The translations under genes were made by a program, and so were the position numbers. The notes under the pieces were generated by a model. That model had not been told where the DNA came from and made no database searches. It saw only the letters and a program-made list of their open reading frames with translations. Source: Gemmata obscuriglobus (lineage in GTDB: Bacteria > Planctomycetota > Planctomycetia > Gemmatales > Gemmataceae). From it: DNA of 32,000 nucleotides. Below, in pieces: positions 16,239 to 23,639 of the stretch. The stretch is from contig NZ_CP042911.1 of assembly GCF_008065095.1 (NCBI RefSeq), forward strand, positions 870,001-902,000, in the 5' to 3' direction. Position 1 is the first letter of the stretch. Each line of letters begins with the position of its first letter.

Positions 16239-17345
16239 GTGGCGAGGAAGTATCGGGTCGGGGTGATCGGGGCTACCGGGCGCGGCGACTACGGGCACGC
16301 GGTCGATGTCGCGTTTCGGAAGCTCGATAACGTCGAGATCGTAGCCGTCGCGGACGCCAGCGAGGCGGGTCGGGTCGCGGCCCAGAAGCGGACCGGGGCG
16401 CCACGCACATACGCCGCTTACAAGGACCTACTTGCGAAAGAGAAGCCGGACCTCGTCGCGGTCTGCCCGCGGTGGATCGACCAGCGCCACGACATGCTGA
16501 TGGCCGCCGCCGAGGCGGGGTGTCACATCTATACGGAGAAGCCGTTCTGGCGCACGCTCAAGGAGTGCGACGCGGTGGCCGACGCACTCGACATGCGGCA
16601 CCTGAAACTGGGGATCGCGCACATCAGTCAGTACTCGCCGGTACTCGACACCGTACTGAAGGTCATCGCGGACGGTGTGATCGGCGACCTTCTCGAGGTG
16701 CGCGCCCGCGGCAAGGAGGACGCCCGGGGCGGGGGCGAGGACCTGTGGGTGCTCGGGTCGCACGTGTTCGGCCTCATGCGCAGCGTGGCGGGCGGGAACG
16801 CGGTCTCGTGCTACGCCACAGTCGCTGCACAGGGGCGTGCCGTCGGGAGGGCCGACGTTAAAGACGGCGCAGAAGGGCTCGGGCCGCTCGCGGGCGATCA
16901 CGTCCAGGCCACGTATGCGTTTCCGAAGGGTGTGCAGGGGTACTTCGCGAGCCGCAAGGGCGCGGCCGGAGCGCCGACGCGGTTCGCGGTGCAGGTCTTC
17001 GGCTCGAAGGGTGTCATCGAACTGGAGAGCGGCTACCTGGTGAAGGCCGCGTTACTGCGCGACGCCGGATGGTCCCCGGCGCGGAGTGGGGCGAAGTGGC
17101 AATCCATCACCTCCGCGGGGATTGACAAGCCCGAGCCGCGCACCGACGGAACCTACGAGGGCGGACACGTCGCCGCGATCACCGACCTGATCGGAGCGAT
17201 CGAGCAGCGGCGCGAAACCAAGTGTACCGCCCGCGACGCGACCGCCATCGTCGAGATGATCGCGGCGGTGTTCGAGTCACACCGACTCGGGAAGCCGACA
17301 GAACTACCGCTGAAAACCCGCGTCAACCCCCTGACCCTGCTCTGA
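16239..17345 (+). CDS. Gfo/Idh/MocA-family NAD(P)-dependent oxidoreductase
   Basis: N-terminal Rossmann motif RVGVIGATGRGDYGH and the family motif HIYTEKP. GTG start with GGAGG 9 nt upstream. Confidence 0.85.
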   Translation: MARKYRVGVIGATGRGDYGHAVDVAFRKLDNVEIVAVADASEAGRVAAQKRTGAPRTYAAYKDLLAKEKPDLVAVCPRWIDQRHDMLMAAAEAGCHIYTEKPFWRTLKECDAVADALDMRHLKLGIAHISQYSPVLDTVLKVIADGVIGDLLEVRARGKEDARGGGEDLWVLGSHVFGLMRSVAGGNAVSCYATVAAQGRAVGRADVKDGAEGLGPLAGDHVQATYAFPKGVQGYFASRKGAAGAPTRFAVQVFGSKGVIELESGYLVKAALLRDAGWSPARSGAKWQSITSAGIDKPEPRTDGTYEGGHVAAITDLIGAIEQRRETKCTARDATAIVEMIAAVFESHRLGKPTELPLKTRVNPLTLL

Positions 17346-17634
17346 CATCGAAGCCGCCCTGATGCGCGAAACTTCATGGTTCCGTGCGGCACACATTCCC
17401 CGCGCCCGTTCGGGGCGTTTCCGGATACCGGCAGGTCCAAGTCGCCAAACGGCCAAACTGAAAATCGAATTTCGGCGTGCGGCCCTGGAACCGGTCGGTT
17501 ACACTTTGCGGGTGTCCTTTCCCGGGCAGTTTGCGACCAGCGTTGGCAATAAGCTGCCCACCGCCTTTCCGCTCCGAACGACCGCATCCAATCACCTCGT
17601 GCGGCGGGCCGGGGCTCATTCGGAGGTTCCGAGC

Positions 17635-18087
17635 ATGTCGACCCCCGTTCTGCCCGCGCACCGCGTGCAAGCCGCCACCGCACAGCGCATGACCGAGAAC
17701 TGGCTCCGCAACGTGTTCGCCCCGAACCTGTACACGGTCCACTGGCACGACGGCACCGACGCCAGCGCCCCGGACGTGTCGGTGGTCCGCGTGCACCCGG
17801 CCACCGACGCCGAGCGCGTGCCGGTGCTGGTGGTCGAGATCGAGGACGCCGACGCGGGGTACGATTTAGCCGAGCAGGCGAGCCGGCACGCCGCCGCGGG
17901 CGTACTCGACTACTGGGTGATCGACGTGGTGGCGCGGCAGCTCCACATCTTCCGCGACCCGCGCCCGGACCCGGCCGCGCAGCACGGGTTCTCCTACAAC
18001 TCGGTCAGGCTCTGCTCGCCGAACGCGCTGGTCTCGCCGCTCGTCGCGGAGCTGCACCTCGCGCAGGTGGTGGACCTGCTCCCGTAG
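17635..18087 (+). CDS. Short Uma2-family (PF05685-like, PD-(D/E)xK) putative endonuclease, N-terminally shortened or degenerate
   Basis: APDVSVV...PVLVVEIEDADAGYDLAEQASRHAAAGVLDYWVIDVVARQLHIFRDP follows the Uma2 pattern PDv...PdLvvEv.S......D...K...Y...Gv.EYWivD. The ATG at 17635 has GGAGG 8 nt upstream. The ORF-track start at 17362 adds non-coding-looking sequence. Confidence 0.6.
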   Translation: MSTPVLPAHRVQAATAQRMTENWLRNVFAPNLYTVHWHDGTDASAPDVSVVRVHPATDAERVPVLVVEIEDADAGYDLAEQASRHAAAGVLDYWVIDVVARQLHIFRDPRPDPAAQHGFSYNSVRLCSPNALVSPLVAELHLAQVVDLLP

Positions 18088-18098
18088 CGACCCGCCCG

Positions 18099-18827
18099 AT
18101 GACCGAAGACGAGTGGCTCTCGCCGACCGACGACGCCGCCCGCGTGCGGCACGCCGCCGAGCACCTGCCGCCGCGCCGCCGGCGGCTGCTGGCGGTCGGG
18201 CTGTGCAGAACCGTCACCGGTTTGGTCACGCACCCGGACTTGGCCGCCGCGCTCGATGTCGTCGATCAGTACGCCGACGGGCGGGTGACGGCCGGCGCGC
18301 TGGACCGCGCCCGGCACGCCTGCCGAGCCCTCGCGCAGCAGTCTTACGACGCCTACCGGCGGGCCACTGACACCGGCGCGGATGCGCTCACCGCCCACGC
18401 GTGCTCGGATCTGGCGTGGGCGGTTGCGTTCGCAGCCACCGACCCGCTACCGCTCGAAATGGTCGGCACGCGCGCGCTCGGCGCGGTGGTCCAGACGCGC
18501 ACCGGCGCGACCGGCCTGCTTTTTGCCACGTCCCCCGAGTTTCATGCCGCTGTCGCAGCTCACCTGGCCCTGATGCGCGAGATGGTGTGGGAGGTGGCCG
18601 GGAACCCGTTCCAGCCGTCACACTTCGTACCCGCGTGGCGCACCGACACCGTGACCGCGCTCGCCAAACAAATGTACGAGACGCGCGATTTCGCCGCGAT
18701 GCCGATTCTCGCCGACGCGCTCCAGGACGCGGGTTGCGACAGCGACGCCCTGCTGCGTCACTGCCGTGGCGAGGGAACGCACGTCCGCGGGTGCTGGGCG
18801 CTAGACCTGGTGCTGGGACTCGAGTAG
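18099..18827 (+). CDS. Conserved hypothetical protein (family with GNPF(Q/R)P ... PILADALQ(D/E)AGC ... RGCWALDLVL C-terminus); paralog of 28685-29368
   Basis: ATG lies 11 nt after the Uma2-like stop. Codons are GC3-rich. The C-terminal ~77 aa are about 55-60% identical (by eye) to the 28685 product. Confidence 0.75.
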   Translation: MTEDEWLSPTDDAARVRHAAEHLPPRRRRLLAVGLCRTVTGLVTHPDLAAALDVVDQYADGRVTAGALDRARHACRALAQQSYDAYRRATDTGADALTAHACSDLAWAVAFAATDPLPLEMVGTRALGAVVQTRTGATGLLFATSPEFHAAVAAHLALMREMVWEVAGNPFQPSHFVPAWRTDTVTALAKQMYETRDFAAMPILADALQDAGCDSDALLRHCRGEGTHVRGCWALDLVLGLE

Positions 18828-18844
18828 CTGCTCTTGGCTCTGCG

Positions 18845-19858
18845 TCACTTGAACAGCGCAATCGGCCCTGGGGCGGCGAGCCGCCTCTCGGCGGTGCGGA
18901 ACAGCTTCTCGGCCTCGGCCCTCTCTCCCCCGAACCACAACTGGTAGCCGAGCAGGAACTCCAGTGCGGGCTGCCCGGGGTTGTCTGCCGTCGCGTTCTT
19001 GAGCGCGGCGAGGTGGGCGGCGTACCGGTCGGCACGGCCGTCGTACAGTTCCGTCGGGTCGAACGGCGCCGCGGGCCACTTGGGATCACGCGCCAGCCCG
19101 TCCCGCACGCGCGCTACCGCTTCGACGAACTCACCGGCTGCGAACTTCGCCTGCGCGTGCAAAAAGTACGTTCGCGCGTCGCCCGGATCGGACGCGCTGG
19201 CGCGTGTGAAGTGATCGGCCGCGCGGCCGTAGTCGGCCGCGGCGAACGCGGCCCGTGCCAACCCGATCTGGCGCGCGGCTTCCTTTTTCGGGTCCGGATC
19301 GGCGCGGTCCATCGCCACTTTCACCGGCGCCACAAACGGGTTGAACGCGATCACCGGTCCGGGCCGCACGTCGGCCACCCGGGCGATCGCGGGGGCGGTC
19401 CGTTTCTTCGGCGCAATGACGAGGAAGTCACCCTCTTTTGCGCCGCGCGGGAACAGGCCGCCGTCGTCGCGCGGGGCCGCCCCGGCGACAACCACCTCCG
19501 GCGTATCGCGGCCGAAATCCCCGCCGAGAATGATTGGGGTCGGAACGACGATGACCGGCCGACCGAACCCGACGAGCGGCGCCGGCGCCAGCCCCACAGG
19601 TCCGAACGGCCCGAACGGCGAGACCGGGACCAAAGGCGGGGCGTAGTACACCGCACGCGACACGTACCCGCCCGCGAAACCGCTCACGCGAAAGTGAGGG
19701 CCGCCGACCGAGAACCCGAAGCCGGTGCGGTACGTGTACGAGTAACCGCCGAACCCGTATCCGGGGCCGCACAGCGGGCCGCACGCGAACTGTGCGCGCG
19801 CCGGGGCCAGTTCCGCCAGCACGAGCACCGCACACGCCGCCAGGATGAAGCGCGCCAT
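18845..19858 (-). CDS. Secreted protein with a Gly/Tyr/Phe-rich and Pro-rich N-terminal half and a TPR-like C-terminal half
   Basis: Signal peptide MARFILAACAVLVLAELAPARAQ. TPR-like helices AAFAAADYGRAADHFTRASASDPGDARTYFLHAQAKFAAGEFVEA. Confidence 0.75.
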   Translation of the reverse strand: MARFILAACAVLVLAELAPARAQFACGPLCGPGYGFGGYSYTYRTGFGFSVGGPHFRVSGFAGGYVSRAVYYAPPLVPVSPFGPFGPVGLAPAPLVGFGRPVIVVPTPIILGGDFGRDTPEVVVAGAAPRDDGGLFPRGAKEGDFLVIAPKKRTAPAIARVADVRPGPVIAFNPFVAPVKVAMDRADPDPKKEAARQIGLARAAFAAADYGRAADHFTRASASDPGDARTYFLHAQAKFAAGEFVEAVARVRDGLARDPKWPAAPFDPTELYDGRADRYAAHLAALKNATADNPGQPALEFLLGYQLWFGGERAEAEKLFRTAERRLAAPGPIALFK

Positions 19859-19994
19859 GCCTTATCCCCGCTCACGTTCGAACAGCCGTAAGGTCCGATT
19901 ATCCGGCGCCGCACGCCGCGCCGCAATCGGAGCTTGAAAGTCGGCGCCGCAACGGGCTCCCTGATCCATGTGCCCGGTAATATGGCCGCTTTTG

Positions 19995-20061
19995 TTGACG
20001 AGCCGCGACCGCCAGGGAGCGGTGCCACGTATCCCGCTCCCTGGCGGTCGCGGCTCGTCAA
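19995..20061. repeat. Perfect 28-bp inverted repeat with an 11-nt loop (strong hairpin; possible terminator for the minus-strand unit ending at 20075)
   Basis: TTGACGAGCCGCGACCGCCAGGGAGCGG / TGCCACGTATC / CCGCTCCCTGGCGGTCGCGGCTCGTCAA. No U-tract follows on either strand. Confidence 0.85.
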
Positions 20062-20074
20062 GAAAGCGACACGG

Positions 20075-20206
20075 TCACCCGTTTGCCCCGCAGACCGCGG
20101 GTGCCGCCGGGGGCACCCAGAGGTACACGCGTTCGAGTTCCGTGAGCAGCCGGTTGACCTCACTCTGGGCGGCCAGAACGATTTGCTCGCGCTGCTCGTC
20201 GGTCAT
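20075..20206 (-). CDS. Candidate 43-aa micro-ORF (MTDEQREQIVLAAQSEVNRLLTELERVYLWVPPAAPAVCGANG)
   Basis: Its ATG overlaps the stop of the upstream fragment (ATGA at 20203-20206). About 35 of 42 codons end in G or C. The stop lies 14 nt before the 28-bp hairpin. It is below the ORF-track length cutoff. Confidence 0.3.
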   Translation of the reverse strand: MTDEQREQIVLAAQSEVNRLLTELERVYLWVPPAAPAVCGANG

Positions 20207-20525
20207 CGGTCACTCGCGATGTCGATCCCGTAGTTGTCGTAGTAGCCCGCGTCCACCACCCGCCGACCGGGGTTCGTCGGCGGGGTTACGGCCGGGCTGA
20301 CGAACGGGAACGACGCGTTCATCCGCGCCGCGGTGGCGACCGAGAACGTCGCCCGTGTCTCCGGAAACAGATTGTAAAACTCCACCGCGCCGAACGACGC
20401 GATCTTCCCGTCCGGCCCGTCGGTCTGGCACAGCGGGGCGAGGTCCAGGTTGCTGATCAGGAGCCGCCGGGCGTCCTCGACCAGCATCAGCGAGAAGATC
20501 AGCGACGGCACGCGCGCGTCCTCCT
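20203..20525 (-). pseudogene. Patatin-like phospholipase C-terminal fragment (catalytic Asp box)
   Basis: PSLIFSLMLVEDARRLLISNLDL ... ATAARMNASFPFVSPAV ... RRVVDAGYYDNYGI matches the region around the D-G-(G/A) motif of large patatin-like proteins. No N-terminal GxSxG part lies in this frame. Upstream of ~20525 the frame becomes Arg/Gly/Ala junk. Confidence 0.55.
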
Positions 20526-21020
20526 CGGCCGCGGGTCGGGCCGGTCCGTCGTCGGGTACAGCTTGCCCACCAGCGACAGCGACAGCGGTTGCCCGCGGAG
20601 CGCCTCGCCGCCCGCCGAGTACCGCCCGATCACCAGCCCCTTGCTGTTCTGCCGGAAGTACCCGGTGTACTCCGTCGGCTCGGTGATCTCCCACACCCCC
20701 GTGAGGCACACTCGTTCGGGTGGAGGAGCCGGCGCACGCCCCGGCGGTCCGGCCCCCGCGCAAGTCGGCGCGGGTGTCAACGGTCCGGTCGGCCGCCGGA
20801 ACGGGTAACGTCCGGCGCGCAGCGCGCGGCGTAGTAAATCCCACAGGCCCAACGGGTACACCGGCCGCTTGGCCGTGCCCGGGCCGTTCCACACGTCGTA
20901 GTACCGGGCGTCCTCGAACACCGCGTCGCGCACCGCGGCGAACGTCGAGCCCGGGTGCGCCCAGTCCTCCGGCGTGGCCCCTTCTTCGCCCGGATACACG
21001 GTCAGGCCATCGGTGCTCAT
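20499..21020 (-). CDS. Hypothetical protein (173 aa), translationally coupled to the DUF4331-like gene; possibly truncated or fused with the patatin fragment
   Basis: The ATG at 21020 overlaps the upstream stop (ATGA). Sequence begins MSTDGLTVYPGEEGATPEDWAHPGSTFAAVRDAVFEDARYYDVW. The stretch GVWEITEPTEYTGYFRQNSKGLVIGRYSAGG only weakly recalls catalase-related haem-domain N-termini, unverified. The last ~15 codons are Arg/Pro-rich, suggesting the true frame is lost near 20520-20560. Confidence 0.5.
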   Translation of the reverse strand: MSTDGLTVYPGEEGATPEDWAHPGSTFAAVRDAVFEDARYYDVWNGPGTAKRPVYPLGLWDLLRRALRAGRYPFRRPTGPLTPAPTCAGAGPPGRAPAPPPERVCLTGVWEITEPTEYTGYFRQNSKGLVIGRYSAGGEALRGQPLSLSLVGKLYPTTDRPDPRPRRTRACRR

Positions 21021-22375
21021 GAGGACGCCCCTCCCGGCGCGCCGGGGGGCGGCGTCGGGGGCGCCACCGCCAGCGTGACCGCCTGGCGGAGCCGGCGGAG
21101 CTGGCGCTTCGACCGGTACAGCAGCACCAACGGGAACAGGAACACGGCCAACACGATCAGCGCGATCGCCACGAAGACGATGCGGGTCCGCGTCGTCAGG
21201 TCGGCCACGGGCACCGGCATCGGCTCCTCCTGGGCCTCGGCCAGGTACGGCCACTCGTCCAGGAACGGCCGGTCGTTCGCGGTCGGCCGGCCGGCGTCGT
21301 ACTTGGCCGCCTCCTGCACCTTCGGCGACCGCGGGGGCACGAACGACAGCTCGTACAGTTGGCAGTCGCCCTGCTCGCACGTCAGCTTGGCCACGTCGTC
21401 TTCGAGCCGCCGCCCGTTCGGGAACCCCGGCGGGTGCCGGCGGGTGAAGATGGCCACGTCGGGTTGGTCGTCGAACGAGCGCAAGTTGAACTCGGCCGGG
21501 AACAGGTAGCGGAGCGCGTCGGTCCGCACCCCCGGCTTCTCACGGGCCTCGCGGATCGCCTTCACGTGCTCGCTCGGCGGTATCGTGTTCAGCAAATCGA
21601 ACCGCGGGAGCTGCGCGCGCTGGGCGCGGCCGACGTGGCCCACCTGCGCGCCGTTGCGAGATCGCGTGGCCCACACGAGGAGCGAGTCCGTGCCGGGCGT
21701 CCGTGGGAACGCACTGTACGGCACCTCCACCGCCATCGCGATCACGTTGGTGCCGAAGAACGCGGGGAAAATGAACGGGTCGTCGCGCACCCCCGCCCCC
21801 CACCTCGTCACCGTGGACAGCGGCACCTCTTGCAACCCGTTGCCGCGGTCCGCCTCGACCTTCCGGCTGAGAAAGTTCTGGTCGGTGAACGGTTCCAGGC
21901 TGTTCTTCAGCTTCATGGTGATGCGGAACGTCGGCCTGATGGCCTCCGGGTGGTCCACCACCCCGCCGTACCGGGCCGTGTTGCGCTCGTCTGCGCTGGT
22001 CGGACGCGCCAGCTCCTTCGGGTAGTTGATCTTCGCCGATCGCGCGCTGTCCACGTTGATGACGAACTCGAACGCGTCCAGCCCGCGGTACGGCGGCGTG
22101 GCCCGCAGCCGGTTCGCGCCCACGATCAGCACGAGCTTCTCGTCCTGGGCCTTGCTCAAGTCCTTCTCGCTCCCGCCCTTGGTCCGTTTGCCGTCGTAAA
22201 CCGGGAACACGAACAGCCCGGTCAGCCCGCGCTCGGGTTCGTCCGAGCGCCGAAACGGGTCGATCGGGTCGGCATGGTCGGACGCGCCGGCCCCGCCGGG
22301 CGTCGCGGCGGCCCCGGCCGCGAGTACCAGTGCGAGCGCGAGTGCCGCCCGCGGCCGGGTAAGAACGCGGGGCAT
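21017..22375 (-). CDS. DUF4331-like secreted protein with a C-terminal membrane anchor
   Basis: The ATG at 22375 gives the signal peptide MPRVLTRPRAALALALVLAAGAAA. Motifs recalled from DUF4331: SDHADP, GVRDDPFIFPAFF, NVIAMAVEVP, GFPNGRRLEDDV, FLDEWPYLAEA. C-terminal TM segment IVFVAIALIVLAVFLFPLVLL. Confidence 0.75.
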   Translation of the reverse strand: MPRVLTRPRAALALALVLAAGAAATPGGAGASDHADPIDPFRRSDEPERGLTGLFVFPVYDGKRTKGGSEKDLSKAQDEKLVLIVGANRLRATPPYRGLDAFEFVINVDSARSAKINYPKELARPTSADERNTARYGGVVDHPEAIRPTFRITMKLKNSLEPFTDQNFLSRKVEADRGNGLQEVPLSTVTRWGAGVRDDPFIFPAFFGTNVIAMAVEVPYSAFPRTPGTDSLLVWATRSRNGAQVGHVGRAQRAQLPRFDLLNTIPPSEHVKAIREAREKPGVRTDALRYLFPAEFNLRSFDDQPDVAIFTRRHPPGFPNGRRLEDDVAKLTCEQGDCQLYELSFVPPRSPKVQEAAKYDAGRPTANDRPFLDEWPYLAEAQEEPMPVPVADLTTRTRIVFVAIALIVLAVFLFPLVLLYRSKRQLRRLRQAVTLAVAPPTPPPGAPGGASS

Positions 22376-22507
22376 GGCGTCGCTTAATGTGTTGGCATTC
22401 ACAATCTTTACAGACTCCAAACGGTTCTCGCGGGCCACGACCCGCGTGACGGTCCGGGCCGATGTTCGTAGCCGGCTCCCAGCGAACGGCCCGGGCGAGC
22501 GCGAACA

Positions 22508-22545
22508 GTTCCGTTAGCCCCGAGGCTCCTCGGGGCTAACGGAAC
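22508..22545. repeat. 18-bp-arm perfect palindrome GTTCCGTTAGCCCCGAGG-CT-CCTCGGGGCTAACGGAAC
   Basis: Read directly from the sequence. The stop codon (22536-22538) that truncates the GMC/patatin reading frame lies inside the right arm. Confidence 0.9.
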
Positions 22546-23556
22546 CGGTTGCCCCCGATGTGCGCCGATCGCACGGAGGTCAGGTTCCGCCAGAACGCGG
22601 CCAGGTTGGCGGCGAACTGGCCGTGCCCGGTCGGCGACAGGTGGTTCGAGTGCCGGCGGAGCCACGAGATCGGCTCCGAGCGCGAGCCCACCAAGTCCCG
22701 CGCCACCCGCTCCTGCCCGGCCCCACCCTCCGGGGTCGGGATCGCGCCGGTCACCCCGTCGCGCTTCCCGCCCGGATCGAAGACGCGCCCCAGGAACCCG
22801 CCGGTGTAGCCGCCGCCGGAAACCGTGGACAGAAAGTCCACGTGGCGCAACCACCCCGCCCGGGCCAGCGCCTGGATCACCCCGTACGCGCCTTCCAGCA
22901 CCACCTTCGCTGGGCGCCGGTCGCGGAACAGGAACCGCAGGTCGGACGTGGTGGTCTGGAACCACCCGCGGGTGCCGTGCCGGCCGTCCTCCCAGCCGGT
23001 GCTGAGCCCGAAGAACCGGCGGATCCGGTCGAAGAACCCGCGCCGGTTGTAGTGGCAGTGCTCGAGCCGCTCGAAGTACGCCCGCATCCGGTCGCCGCGC
23101 CAGCCCGGGTCGCCGGTCGCCTCGGCGATGTGGTCCCAGTTCTCGGCGGGGCCGGACACGATGATCATGGCGTTGTGGATCGCGCACCCGCCGCCCCCCT
23201 GGGCGCGGGTAGAAGATGCCCGCCTCGTTCTCGGGGTGCGGGGCCGGGGAGCCCGGCAGCGGGGCATGAACCTTCGGGTCGAGGCTGTCCGCGGGCGGGC
23301 CGTCGAAGTGCCGCACGAAGAACCGCAGCGCGTGCCGCGGGTCCTCGGTGACCTCCGGGTGCAGGAGCGGCATGTCGGCGTTCTCGACCCGCGCGTCGGC
23401 CGGCTTCGCGGGCTTTTCTTGCCCCATCTCGGCGATCAGCACCGCGTACCCGCGCTCGGCGAGCCGGGCGGCCAGCGGCGCGACGCCGGCGCCCGCCCCG
23501 ACGACGACTAACGGCGACGCCTCCGGTCGCTGCCGGTCCGTGCGGATCTCGGGCAT
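22536..23556 (-). pseudogene. Frameshifted chimeric ORF: GMC-family FAD oxidoreductase N-terminus joined to a patatin-like N-terminal fragment, truncated
   Basis: The ATG at 23556 gives MPEIRTDRQRPEASPLVVVGAGAGVAPLAARLAERGYAVLIAEMG (GxGxxG). IFYPRPGG is in one frame and GGCAIHNAMIIVSGPAENWDHIAEATGDPGW...YFERLE in another, with the break in the C6 run at 23194-23199. From ~22900 the sequence switches to patatin-like GVIQALARAGWLRHVDFLSTVSGGGYTGGFL ... WLRRHSNHLSPTG and stops at 22536. Confidence 0.6.
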
Positions 23557-23639
23557 GGGTACGGGCCTCGGGGGCGGGAGGGCGGCCCAGGGCCGGCGCG
23601 GGGGCACCCGGGAGCGGCGGGGCGTAACGGGGCCGGCGG

